In this document: piece after piece, positions 8,100 to 16,880 of the stretch
Layout of the letters: each line of letters begins with the position of its first letter
Position numbering within the stretch: the stretch's first letter is position 1
Assembly (NCBI GenBank): GCA_048938295.1
Contig: JBHLMI010000025.1
Span: 1-32,000, forward strand
Length of the DNA stretch: 32,000 nt
From: Promethearchaeota archaeon
Lineage (GTDB): Archaea; Asgardarchaeota; Hermodarchaeia; Hermodarchaeales; Hermodarchaeaceae
Direction of reading: 5' to 3'
Notes under the pieces: model-generated
Database searches by the model: none
What the model saw: only the letters and a program-made list of their open reading frames with translations
What the model was told of the DNA's origin: nothing
Position numbers and translations under genes: made by a program

Positions 8100-9191
8100 A
8101 TGCTCCGGCAAAACGTTCATGATCACAGCGAATGGCCCTTACAGCTTGAAGAGTTTCTCAGTCTTGTTGAAGCAGCAGGATTTGAAGTGGTTGAAACGGT
8201 GCTGCAAACTCGAATGCGTCTGCATGGAGGGTTTCTTTTTGGACGTGGGAAAGTCGAGGAGATCGCACAGATCGTGGCCATGGAAGACATTGAAACAGTG
8301 GCGGTCTATAATGTGTTGACCTCAATGCAAAAGTTCAACCTACAACGGGCCCTCGGGGTTCCAGTGCTAGACAGGTATGAAATTGTGTTACAGGTGTTTG
8401 GCAAAGCGGCCCGTGATAACGTATCGCAGCTGCAGTTAGAATTGGCTGCTTTACAGAAGAGCTATCCATACATCAAAGTCACTGAGAGTGAGCGGTTGAT
8501 ACGCGAACGGCCTGCTCGATTGGGTGGTAGAGGTCCAGGTGAGTATGCTTATCATGCCCAGCTCCGTCAGCTGCGGAAACGAATCGCCAAGGTGACCGCG
8601 GAGCTAGCGCAGTTTCGGGAGGAGCATCGTCAACGAATGCGTAAACGCCGAGAACTAAACGTTCCAATGGTGTGCTTAGTTGGTTGTTACAATGCTGGCA
8701 AGACCAGTCTGTTCAATGCATTGACAGGCGCTGACAAGGAGGTGAGTGACCGCCCCTTTACTACCTTGACCTCGAAGTGGTCCATGACGGGAAATCCTGA
8801 GATGTTCTTCGTTGACACCATTGGGTTTGCCTTGGATCTAGACCCTGAGCTCATCTCTGCATTTCAGCTAAACCTCGATGATATGCGGGGCGCTGATGTG
8901 CTCCTCTTGGTCGTTGATGTTTCCGATTCCTTCCAATTAATGCAGATGAAAATGCGTAGTGCTTTGGAGATCCTCCGTGAAACTGGAATCGATGAATCAC
9001 GGATTCTCATCGTGTTAAACAAAACGGACATAATGAATTCAGAGCAAACCGCAGAAGTCGCGGACTTTATCGATGCAACATATGGGTTTTCATCCGTATT
9101 GGTTTCAGCCGCAATGAAGTGGAATCTGACCCATCTTATGGATTGTATTCGACAGCTGTATGAGGGTGTAGGGGCCAATCTTGTAAATTAA
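8100..9191 (+). CDS. hflX: GTPase HflX
   Basis: HflX N-domain FGRGKVEEI and LQLELAAL; GGRGPGEY linker; G1 GCYNAGKT, G2 PFTTL, G3 DTIG, G4 NKTD. The start may be at 8079 (see findings). Confidence 0.92.
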   Translation: MLRQNVHDHSEWPLQLEEFLSLVEAAGFEVVETVLQTRMRLHGGFLFGRGKVEEIAQIVAMEDIETVAVYNVLTSMQKFNLQRALGVPVLDRYEIVLQVFGKAARDNVSQLQLELAALQKSYPYIKVTESERLIRERPARLGGRGPGEYAYHAQLRQLRKRIAKVTAELAQFREEHRQRMRKRRELNVPMVCLVGCYNAGKTSLFNALTGADKEVSDRPFTTLTSKWSMTGNPEMFFVDTIGFALDLDPELISAFQLNLDDMRGADVLLLVVDVSDSFQLMQMKMRSALEILRETGIDESRILIVLNKTDIMNSEQTAEVADFIDATYGFSSVLVSAAMKWNLTHLMDCIRQLYEGVGANLVN

Positions 9192-9252
9192 AAGACCGAA
9201 AAGAAATCGAATCGTTGATATAGCCTCATTCAATACCAGAGATGTAGTTTAG

Positions 9253-10911
9253 GTGTCCATGGTGACCGAAGAGCGTGAATACCAGCATTGGATTGATGCA
9301 CTAGTCGAGGAGACCATTAACTATTGGGGGAAGGACGCTGCAAAGATCGATTGCAGTTGTGGATTATCTGTCTCCGGGTTACAGCACGTAGGTCGGTTGC
9401 GAGGAGAAATCACGTTAGCCAATACGGTTATGCAACAACTTCGGCAGAAAGGGTTTGAGTCAAAACATTATATTGTGCGGTACACTAGTGATGAATGGAA
9501 AGGAAAGGCTGCCCAACTCGCACAATTTCCAGATCCGGCCAAGGCTAAGAAGTATGTTGGCCAACGGTTGGTGGATATTCCTGACCCACAATGTAAATTA
9601 AGCAGTTGGGTTGATCGGTACTGGCTCGATTTCGGGCCATATCTGGATTATTTCAGCCGTGGCACCACAGTGGTCAGTACCAATGAAATCTATACTTGGC
9701 CACAAATGCATGAGCTGATTCGTTTCACTATTCAGCATCGTGAGCAAGCCCGAAAGATTATCAACAAATATCGAGTCCGAAATCCATATCCTAAAGACTG
9801 GTTTCCAATCAACGTTATTTGTAACAAGTGCCATCGAATCAATACAACCACGGTAGTTAGTGTTGATCTAGATGCCTACACCGCAAGTTATCGATGCGAT
9901 GAGTGCCATCATGAAGGGACAACCAATATCGAAAATGGAAAGCTATCGTGGCGGCTGGAATGGGCGGCTCTCTGGAAAATCCTCGATGTGGGGTTTGAAC
10001 CCTTCGGGAAAGACCACGCTACTCCTGGAGGGTCACGGGATAGTGCCAAAGAAATCGCTGAAACGTTCTATAAATTCAAGCCACCAGTTCCATATGCCAA
10101 CGAATGGGTAGGCCTGATTGAAAACGGAGTCGACAAAGGAGACATGGGGAGTTCAGATTTTAATGGGTTTACACCGAAAACTTGGATTTCTGTCGCTCCT
10201 GGTGAAGCTCTACGCTACATCTATTTGAAAAATAAATCCATGAAACGTATCACCTTAGGACTTGAGTACATTCCCAATTACATCGGCCAATATGAACGAG
10301 CGGAAAGAGTCTACTACCAAATCGATCTGCCTCGGGTCCCACCTTTGGAAATCGCAGATATTCGACGTAGCTATGAACTCGCTAACCTTAATCCTCTACC
10401 CGAAACGCCACCCCTGCAGATCCCCTATCTTCATGCAGTGCTTCTCACCCAAATCATCCCCACAGAAAATCTTCCTGATGCTGCCCTCGAAAAACTCACG
10501 GACACGGGTATCATTCCAAAAAGCCTTACCGATAATCAACGAATTTCAATTACTACTCGGTTATACCGCGCTCGAACTTGGGTCACTTCCTTTGCGCCTG
10601 ATTCGTATCGTATCATCACTCTTTCCACTCCTCCTGATGGACTTCGCGAAAGCATACCAGATGAGCTCCGACCCGTTTTTCAACAGCTCCATGCCTCCTT
10701 AAATCCTGACGAGTGGACAGAAGAGGCTATCACCGCTACCATGCGAAAACTCACCGGATCTATGTCTAAGGACACACAACGGGCGTTCTTCGAATTCCTC
10801 TATCAAGCCTTTTTTGGAACAGGCAAGGGTCCCCGGATCTCGACCTTTTTTGCCTTCACCGATCCTTTATTCATCCGCGCTCGCGTAAAATATCTTGCTA
10901 GGTTGCCTTAA
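9253..10911 (+). CDS. lysS: Lysine--tRNA ligase, class I
   Basis: SVSGLQHVGR (HIGH-like), two CxxC zinc motifs, GKLSWRLEWAALW, EPFGKDHATPGGS, MGSS (KMSKS-like) and C-terminal GPR motif. Confidence 0.95.
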   Translation: MSMVTEEREYQHWIDALVEETINYWGKDAAKIDCSCGLSVSGLQHVGRLRGEITLANTVMQQLRQKGFESKHYIVRYTSDEWKGKAAQLAQFPDPAKAKKYVGQRLVDIPDPQCKLSSWVDRYWLDFGPYLDYFSRGTTVVSTNEIYTWPQMHELIRFTIQHREQARKIINKYRVRNPYPKDWFPINVICNKCHRINTTTVVSVDLDAYTASYRCDECHHEGTTNIENGKLSWRLEWAALWKILDVGFEPFGKDHATPGGSRDSAKEIAETFYKFKPPVPYANEWVGLIENGVDKGDMGSSDFNGFTPKTWISVAPGEALRYIYLKNKSMKRITLGLEYIPNYIGQYERAERVYYQIDLPRVPPLEIADIRRSYELANLNPLPETPPLQIPYLHAVLLTQIIPTENLPDAALEKLTDTGIIPKSLTDNQRISITTRLYRARTWVTSFAPDSYRIITLSTPPDGLRESIPDELRPVFQQLHASLNPDEWTEEAITATMRKLTGSMSKDTQRAFFEFLYQAFFGTGKGPRISTFFAFTDPLFIRARVKYLARLP

Positions 10912-11021
10912 TGAGAGCTGTTTAAACTAAACCTCTTTTCCAGATTCAAGACACAACCTATATATGCTAAAATCCCTTAAGTCAATTCTATCCCGTACTC
11001 GGATAACGGAGAGAAGAAACC

Positions 11022-11294
11022 ATGTCAAAACCAGCAGTCAGTGCATTCCGCCAAGCTGTTTACAATGAAGCCAAGGCACTTAAGATTCCCATTGTGGATG
11101 AACGAGCAATTGACAAACTCGGTATCAATAAAGGCTCAGTCGGTGGAACGGTTGAAATGAGGTACCGTGATGGCGAGGAAACGAAGATCAAAACCTTTCT
11201 AGCGGTGGCTAAATACCATCATGCTCTCGTGATTTACAAGGATGAGATGTTCTACATCTTAGCCAATAACACGATTTGGCGTCTATCGACTTAG
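11022..11294 (+). CDS. Small soluble hypothetical protein
   Basis: 90-aa ORF with its own TATA-like box (TATATAT near 10959), a purine-rich SD region and a downstream terminator hairpin. Confidence 0.75.
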   Translation: MSKPAVSAFRQAVYNEAKALKIPIVDERAIDKLGINKGSVGGTVEMRYRDGEETKIKTFLAVAKYHHALVIYKDEMFYILANNTIWRLST

Positions 11295-11345
11295 GGTACA
11301 TGAGCTAAATACCATGTAACCCTCTTCCTCTCATTTTCTTCCTTT
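11294..11345 (+). terminator. Hairpin plus pyrimidine-tract terminator
   Basis: GGGTACATG...CATGTAACCC inverted repeat (11294-11322) followed by a C/T-rich run. Confidence 0.5.
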
Positions 11346-11451
11346 ACTCGCACTCAATGTAGTGCAGAATAGAACTTTCTCCGTAGTGACAAATGGAGTT
11401 TCCACTGGTGCCTATAATTTAGTGAGAGCATCTGAAAAAAACGCTGTTAGA

Positions 11452-12108
11452 TTAGCTCTCAAAGATTTCTTTGATTCGCTTGATTTCTGCCATCATTTCA
11501 TTACGCAAACCAGCAATCCCTGGAGCGGCAGCAACAGCGGCTGGAGCAGCAACTGGAGGAGGTGGACTTGTTGTACCTGCAGGCGGTGCGCTGGGTGCAG
11601 CAGCTGCGGGTTGAACAGCGGGCATTGCACTCGGAGGACCTGCAGGTGGGGCCTTTGGAGGACCAGCAGGTGGTGCACTAGGGGGTCCTCTTGGCGGTGC
11701 ACTCGGTGGACCCTTCGGTGGTATAGCAGTTGGAGGACCAGTAGGAATTGCGGTAGGGGCTGCGGTTGCTACAGCAGTGGCCATAGTGCCCTCTCCGAGA
11801 AGAATAGATTCAGCATCGTCACCTGGACCAGCAGTTGTGATGGCGGCCTCATCTCCTTCAAGAAAATCAAATAGTGCGTCAGTTGAGGGGCCTCCTGTAC
11901 TGGTTTCTGCTTCCATAAGTGGTGTGCTGGCAGCAGTCATCGGTGTGATTTGGGCACTCTTCAAATCGCTACGAATTTTACTAAGGCTGTTCTGAAACTC
12001 AGTGACCTCTTTTGCAACGGTATTTAATGCATCAGCTAAGTCGTTGACAGCTTTCGATAAAAATTCGGATACACGAATCAAAATGGCTTCCTTGTCTGAG
12101 CCTGACAT
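11452..12108 (-). CDS. Proline-rich protein: N-terminal coiled coil, acidic linker, GPPxAPPx repeats, C-terminal amphipathic helix
   Basis: 218-aa ORF with SD GGGGTG and TATA TTTATA upstream. The domain layout is read directly from the translation. Confidence 0.85.
   Translation of the reverse strand: MSGSDKEAILIRVSEFLSKAVNDLADALNTVAKEVTEFQNSLSKIRSDLKSAQITPMTAASTPLMEAETSTGGPSTDALFDFLEGDEAAITTAGPGDDAESILLGEGTMATAVATAAPTAIPTGPPTAIPPKGPPSAPPRGPPSAPPAGPPKAPPAGPPSAMPAVQPAAAAPSAPPAGTTSPPPPVAAPAAVAAAPGIAGLRNEMMAEIKRIKEIFES
11617..11739 (-). repeat. Intragenic tandem repeat of about 24 nt encoding G-P-P-x-A-P-P-x
   Basis: GPPTAIPPK/GPPSAPPR/GPPSAPPA/GPPKAPPA/GPPSAMPA (aa 124-164). Confidence 0.85.
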
Positions 12109-12110
12109 TC

Positions 12111-12180
12111 TTGCTACACCCCGTCATCTGCAGCATGGGGTACTGCAAATTAGGTTGTAATAGGCTTACATATAAACTTT
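12111..12180 (-). promoter_or_regulatory. Promoter and hairpin-forming 5' leader of the proline-rich gene
   Basis: AAAG-TTTATA at 12180-12171; the 38-nt inverted repeat at 12148-12111 covers the SD GGGGTG. Confidence 0.5.
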
Positions 12181-12227
12181 GTTGAGTCCTATTCACCAAC
12201 TAAACGAGTTTTGCGGTCCGCTCCACT

Positions 12228-12683
12228 TTAAAGGGCTTTAGACGCTTTGAGGATTTCTCGATGATCGAAGGCAACTTGCTTCGGCATTTTCACAAAGACC
12301 TTGACTTCCAAAGCATCACTACTTGGTTCCATTGAACCACCCACCACTCGCGCATTGAAGGCAATACTCACAACATGTCCCCGGGGATCACGGGTTGGAT
12401 CCGAAAACACGCCTATTAACCCACTAGGTACTACCACAAGTCCAGTTTCCTCTTTGACCTCCCGAACTAGGGCTTCCTCAACAGTTTCACCGATTTCCAC
12501 TTTTCCTCCTGGTAGCGCCCAATATTTTTGGAAAGGCGGAAATCGGCGACGAACGAACACAACACCTTTTTTGGCTAGCTGAATGACTGCATCCACGGCA
12601 AGCACAGGTGATTTTTGCAGTGCAGCGTTCCAATCCGATGGTGACGTGAAATATACCTCCTCTCTTATGAGGTGCAGCTTCAA
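12228..12683 (-). CDS. Nudix hydrolase (ADP-ribose pyrophosphatase-like)
   Basis: Nudix box [23 protein letters not shown]; RDPRGH and AFDH motifs. Confidence 0.93.
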   Translation of the reverse strand: MKLHLIREEVYFTSPSDWNAALQKSPVLAVDAVIQLAKKGVVFVRRRFPPFQKYWALPGGKVEIGETVEEALVREVKEETGLVVVPSGLIGVFSDPTRDPRGHVVSIAFNARVVGGSMEPSSDALEVKVFVKMPKQVAFDHREILKASKAL

Positions 12684-12723
12684 AAGCCTTAAAAGCCATT
12701 GGTACTACGCCACACCGACGACA

Positions 12724-13215
12724 ATGACGGTAGAATCTTGGCGCGAGCCGAAACCCACCATTGCGCAGCTTCGCAGACTGGTAGAGCGAATAAAATCCTA
12801 TGCACGGACCAGCCGATTCATGGGATATCTTTCAACTACCATTCTCACTATTCTGATGATCCAATTAGGCATCCTAGTGTACAGCTACTTCCTCCCAATT
12901 TTCTGGGGAACCTCATTATTTCTACCTGAATGGTTTTACTACGTGATGTTCATAACCTTTGCTTTATCCATGGTCATTTATGGCGTCACAGGATCCATCA
13001 ATGCCCGTTTGAACCGCTATATCATCGAATACAAGAAGATCGGGGTCGTCGTCCAACTGCGGTGCGAAGAATGCAACCGGACTAGCGAACGGGTCTGGGA
13101 AAAAGATGATTACATCTTCAAAAAGGAAGGCACCTGCGCTTGTGGTGGAAAGCAGTTCATCTCCCAGATGTATCTCATGCCACTTCCTTTAAAGAAGGAC
13201 GGAACTGACCTCTAA
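12724..13215 (+). CDS. 2-TM membrane protein with C-terminal zinc ribbon
   Basis: The ORF-track start at 12583 overlaps the Nudix gene, so ATG 12724 is preferred. Two TM segments, then CEEC...DYIFK...CAC. Confidence 0.75.
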   Translation: MTVESWREPKPTIAQLRRLVERIKSYARTSRFMGYLSTTILTILMIQLGILVYSYFLPIFWGTSLFLPEWFYYVMFITFALSMVIYGVTGSINARLNRYIIEYKKIGVVVQLRCEECNRTSERVWEKDDYIFKKEGTCACGGKQFISQMYLMPLPLKKDGTDL

Positions 13216-13259
13216 TTTTCTTTAACAACCTTATCTAACCTTGAACCCTCAACAATCAG

Positions 13260-15059
13260 CTAGTTGGCAGGTTCTAAAACTCCTCGTAATCGCAGAGTGT
13301 CAGCACCAATGCGTTTTTGCCGTGAAATCCGAAACTTTCCAAGAATCCCTGTACGGCTCACATGGGGTCCACTGCAGATCTCTTTAGACACGTCTCCAAC
13401 CGAATAGACTTTGACTTGATCCCCGTATTTTTCACCAAAGAACCCTAAAGCCCCCTGCTTTTTAGCCTCTTCCGGCGACATCGTTTCAAACGTGATCGCC
13501 AAATCACGTTGGATGATATCATTAACCCATTTTTCAACCTCTGAAAGCTCTTTGGCTGTTAGTTTCCGGTTCAACTGGACATCCAGGCGTAGCCGTTGTT
13601 TAGTAATATTACTCCCCTTTTGATGAACATCTGACCCGATAAACTTGCGAAGCGCGGCGTGGAGTAAATGGGTCGCAGTATGAAGGCGTATTACTTCCTC
13701 CGAATGGTCGGCTAGCCCGCTGGTGAATTTCTGTTGAGTGGCCTCACGCGAGATTTGCTGATGCCGTTCAAACTCCTTTCTAAACTCTGTTAGATTGATC
13801 TTTTGACCATTTTCTTCTGCAATTTGTACTGTCATCTCAATGGGGAAACCGTAGGTGGCAAAGAGCATGAATGCATCTTTGCCAGTTAACTCGCCTTTCT
13901 CAGCGAGCGTTTTTTCGGCTATTCGGAGCCCACGACGAACGGTATTACGAAATCGTTTCTCTTCTTTTTCAATCTCGGACAACACATGGTCTTTGTTTCG
14001 AAGAAGTTCATCGTATTCCTTCCCAAGGACCACAAGAACCGGGGGACCTAATTCACCCAAGAAGAATCGGTCAATTCCAAGTTGAAGTCCTTGCCGAATT
14101 GCGATGCGTAATAACCGTCGTATCACGTACCCCCTTTCTAAATTAGAAGGTACTAAGCCCTGATCATCTGCAAGCGCCATTATGGCAGATCGAACATGAT
14201 CGGCGATAATTCGAATTGATCGGAGTTGGTCTTTGGTTGGTTCTTTGATTTTGGCAATCTCATGGATTTTCTCCACAATGGGCTTAAAAACATCAGTCTC
14301 GTAGACACTCGGCAGCCTGTTCAGAACTTGGAGCGCTCGTTCTAATCCCATTCCCGTGTCGATATTCTTTTTCTTCAACGGTGTCAGCGATCCATCCTCC
14401 CCACGATTATAGGACATGAACACGAGGTTCCAAATCTCAACAAACTTTCCACATCCACAACCTGGACGACACTCCGCTGAACATCTTGGGGTATTAGTAT
14501 CAACGAAAATCTCTGTATCCGGTCCCTGTGGGCCAGTGTCACCGAGAGCCCACCAGTTATCCTTGTAAGGCAAATAATGGATGTGATCAGAGGGAATTCC
14601 CAGTGCCTCCCAGGCACGTGCTGCTTCTTTATCTGGTGGCACCTGTTTGTCTCCTTCGAACACTGTGAAGTGTAAGACTTGTTTTTCTAACCCTAGGCCA
14701 ATTTTGGGATCAAGGAGAAATTCCATTGCCATGTTGATGGCTTCTTGTTTCCAATAGTCACCTAAGGACCAGTTGCCTAGCATCTCGAAGAAGGTCAGAT
14801 GAAATGTATCACCTACTTCGTCGATATCATCAGTTCTAATGCATTTCTGGACGTTTACTAGCCGTTTGCCTTCAGGATGAGGTTGGCCAAGTAAATATGG
14901 GACCAAAGGCTGCATACCGGCGCTTTGAAAGAGGACGGTGGGGTCTAGCTGAGGAATGAGAGATGCCGAGGGGATGACAGCATGACCTCTTTCTTGAAAG
15001 AACTTCAAGTAGCGTCTGCGAAGTTCTGTTGCGGTCATTTGCATGGATAGCGTCCTCAC
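13260..15059 (-). CDS. alaS: Alanine--tRNA ligase, short form lacking the C-Ala domain
   Basis: QKCIRTDDI, HLTFFEMLGNWS, GPQGPDTEI, EIWNLVFM, IDTGMGLER, IIADH, RGYVIRRLLR; editing motifs HTATHLLH and CSGPH. Confidence 0.95.
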   Translation of the reverse strand: MRTLSMQMTATELRRRYLKFFQERGHAVIPSASLIPQLDPTVLFQSAGMQPLVPYLLGQPHPEGKRLVNVQKCIRTDDIDEVGDTFHLTFFEMLGNWSLGDYWKQEAINMAMEFLLDPKIGLGLEKQVLHFTVFEGDKQVPPDKEAARAWEALGIPSDHIHYLPYKDNWWALGDTGPQGPDTEIFVDTNTPRCSAECRPGCGCGKFVEIWNLVFMSYNRGEDGSLTPLKKKNIDTGMGLERALQVLNRLPSVYETDVFKPIVEKIHEIAKIKEPTKDQLRSIRIIADHVRSAIMALADDQGLVPSNLERGYVIRRLLRIAIRQGLQLGIDRFFLGELGPPVLVVLGKEYDELLRNKDHVLSEIEKEEKRFRNTVRRGLRIAEKTLAEKGELTGKDAFMLFATYGFPIEMTVQIAEENGQKINLTEFRKEFERHQQISREATQQKFTSGLADHSEEVIRLHTATHLLHAALRKFIGSDVHQKGSNITKQRLRLDVQLNRKLTAKELSEVEKWVNDIIQRDLAITFETMSPEEAKKQGALGFFGEKYGDQVKVYSVGDVSKEICSGPHVSRTGILGKFRISRQKRIGADTLRLRGVLEPAN

Positions 15060-15103
15060 TGGGTATGCTCAGAATGAAATAATGCTCTTTAATTATTCGG
15101 CTC

Positions 15104-15424
15104 TTATCGGCGGCTGTATTTCACCGCTTCATCATAACCTTTCCATCGGATTCGCCGACCTGAAATCCAAAATATCAAAAGAATAACAACGATTGCAGGG
15201 AGTATAAGCCAGGCGAACTCAACTGCTGCATCAAGTGGCGAGACGATTGTTTGAGATGAAAGGATTTGCGGATCCGTTAGGCCCTGGATAAATGGGGATG
15301 CGGCTCCCATCATATAATGGACTAGGAACGGAAGAATCATCACCGTTATTCCAATTGCTATGCCGGCTAGCAGATACAGGATTTGTCGCCGATATCGCTG
15401 CTTTACTGTTCCTTTCGACACCAT
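15104..15424 (-). CDS. Small 2-TM membrane protein
   Basis: 106 aa; basic N-terminus and two hydrophobic segments; AGGTGA SD upstream. Confidence 0.7.
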   Translation of the reverse strand: MVSKGTVKQRYRRQILYLLAGIAIGITVMILPFLVHYMMGAASPFIQGLTDPQILSSQTIVSPLDAAVEFAWLILPAIVVILLIFWISGRRIRWKGYDEAVKYSRR

Positions 15425-15479
15425 AATTCACCTTTCCTATTGAGTGGATTCAATATTAGACTACGGTTTAGAACACCTC

Positions 15480-15935
15480 TCATGGTAGATTCTTGTACGC
15501 TCGCCAGGTCTCAAACCAAAACAGAGCCGATGCCGCGCCTCCAAAAAGCCAGGCAGCAAGACTCGCGAAGGTGAGCGGCTGCGGATATACGAGAAGGTAG
15601 ATGATGAGTGCCGTCGTGAAGAAAGCAGCATAGAATAGGTGACGTGGTAATGCCCGGCGTCCAACCCAAATGAATTGCTTTAGTACTCCGACTTGGACCA
15701 CCTCTTCCACTTCATACTCTCCTCGCTCTCGGCGAACTAGTCCCAATTCTACTAACTTGTCTAGATGATACGCGGCCAGACTGGGGGAGGATAAGTCCAG
15801 TTTCCGTTGTAGTTCCCGTGGTCCCATCGGCTCTTTGGCAGATAAAAGCTCGAAGTACACCCGGAGGGTCCGACCGCGGAGTTCCGACTCTAAGTCAAAC
15901 GCACGGCGGCGTTCTTGATCGGGTTCTTGACTCAA
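15480..15935 (-). CDS. Winged-HTH (ArsR-like) transcriptional regulator with two C-terminal TM helices
   Basis: GPRELQRKLDLSSPSLAAYHLDKLVELGLV HTH plus wing, then two hydrophobic segments; GGAGG SD before the TTG. Confidence 0.85.
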   Translation of the reverse strand: MSQEPDQERRRAFDLESELRGRTLRVYFELLSAKEPMGPRELQRKLDLSSPSLAAYHLDKLVELGLVRRERGEYEVEEVVQVGVLKQFIWVGRRALPRHLFYAAFFTTALIIYLLVYPQPLTFASLAAWLFGGAASALFWFETWRAYKNLP

Positions 15936-16116
15936 GGAAATTAGCCCTCCTGTTTCAGATGGTTTGAGGTCTACTGCTCTTTTTTCATAACTTATTCATT
16001 AATAGGCTGGTTGGCTCCTCTTCTCCCCTTTTTTAACTCGATGACTGTTCTAAAATGTAGTTTTTTGAACCTGTCTTACACTAATCCTTGTGAAGGATCA
16101 CAAAGGAGATTACAAA

Positions 16117-16791
16117 ATGACCATACGTCAAAAGATTAGGGAAACTTTACTCCGGATAAGTGGATACCTAGTTCCACTCGTTCAGCAGATTCCAACACTC
16201 GGTATCTATACCGGATTGATGACACTGCCTCTATTAGCTGTTCTTGCTATTCTTTTCACACAGTTTCCAATCAACATTGTTGGAATGGTTACCGAATTCA
16301 TTACCATGAATCTCATGTCGATTAGCGTTCTTGTTGCCAATCTAATAACATCTGCTGGGCTTTTACTGACAATTTATTCGGTCATCTACCTTCTACGCCA
16401 TAAAAAGGATGGATTGATTACCACAGGACCCTACCGGTTCATCCGCCATCCGCAATACACCGGATTTCTTCTAGTCACCTTGGGCCTTACCTTATTTAGT
16501 TACTGGTGGCTATCCAACACGTTTGGCATCGGTTGGCTCTCCAAGGAAGCAACTGTAGCTATATGGTTCATTCAACTGGGTATCTATGTGGCCCTAGCCC
16601 TGATTGAAGAATCTCACCTTTTGAAGACATTTGGTGAACACTACACCGACTACAAAAAAACCACATCTTTCTTCGTTCCAATTGGAAGAGTCAACCGGTT
16701 CGATATCCCGATCTCAATTGGAATTCTAAGCCTCCTCATGTTCTTGCTTATCCTCGTCCAATCAATCGGTAGTCCTTTCATATTTTCCTAA
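16117..16791 (+). CDS. Second ICMT/PEMT-family membrane methyltransferase
   Basis: LITTGPYRFIRHPQY, EE...FGEHY..Y motifs; multi-TM. ATG 16117 follows a GGAG SD (the ORF track starts at 16090). Confidence 0.85.
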   Translation: MTIRQKIRETLLRISGYLVPLVQQIPTLGIYTGLMTLPLLAVLAILFTQFPINIVGMVTEFITMNLMSISVLVANLITSAGLLLTIYSVIYLLRHKKDGLITTGPYRFIRHPQYTGFLLVTLGLTLFSYWWLSNTFGIGWLSKEATVAIWFIQLGIYVALALIEESHLLKTFGEHYTDYKKTTSFFVPIGRVNRFDIPISIGILSLLMFLLILVQSIGSPFIFS

Positions 16792-16880
16792 GGAGAAAAA
16801 ACGAACACACCCAACCATACAGACTTAAGAGTAGTATTCACTATCCCTTTTTCTGAATCTCCCTAATTCACTTATGAGAA

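Noticed and set aside
11362-11874. Cys/Trp/Arg-rich 170-aa ORF on the plus strand
   Set aside because: Antisense shadow of the proline-rich repeat gene.
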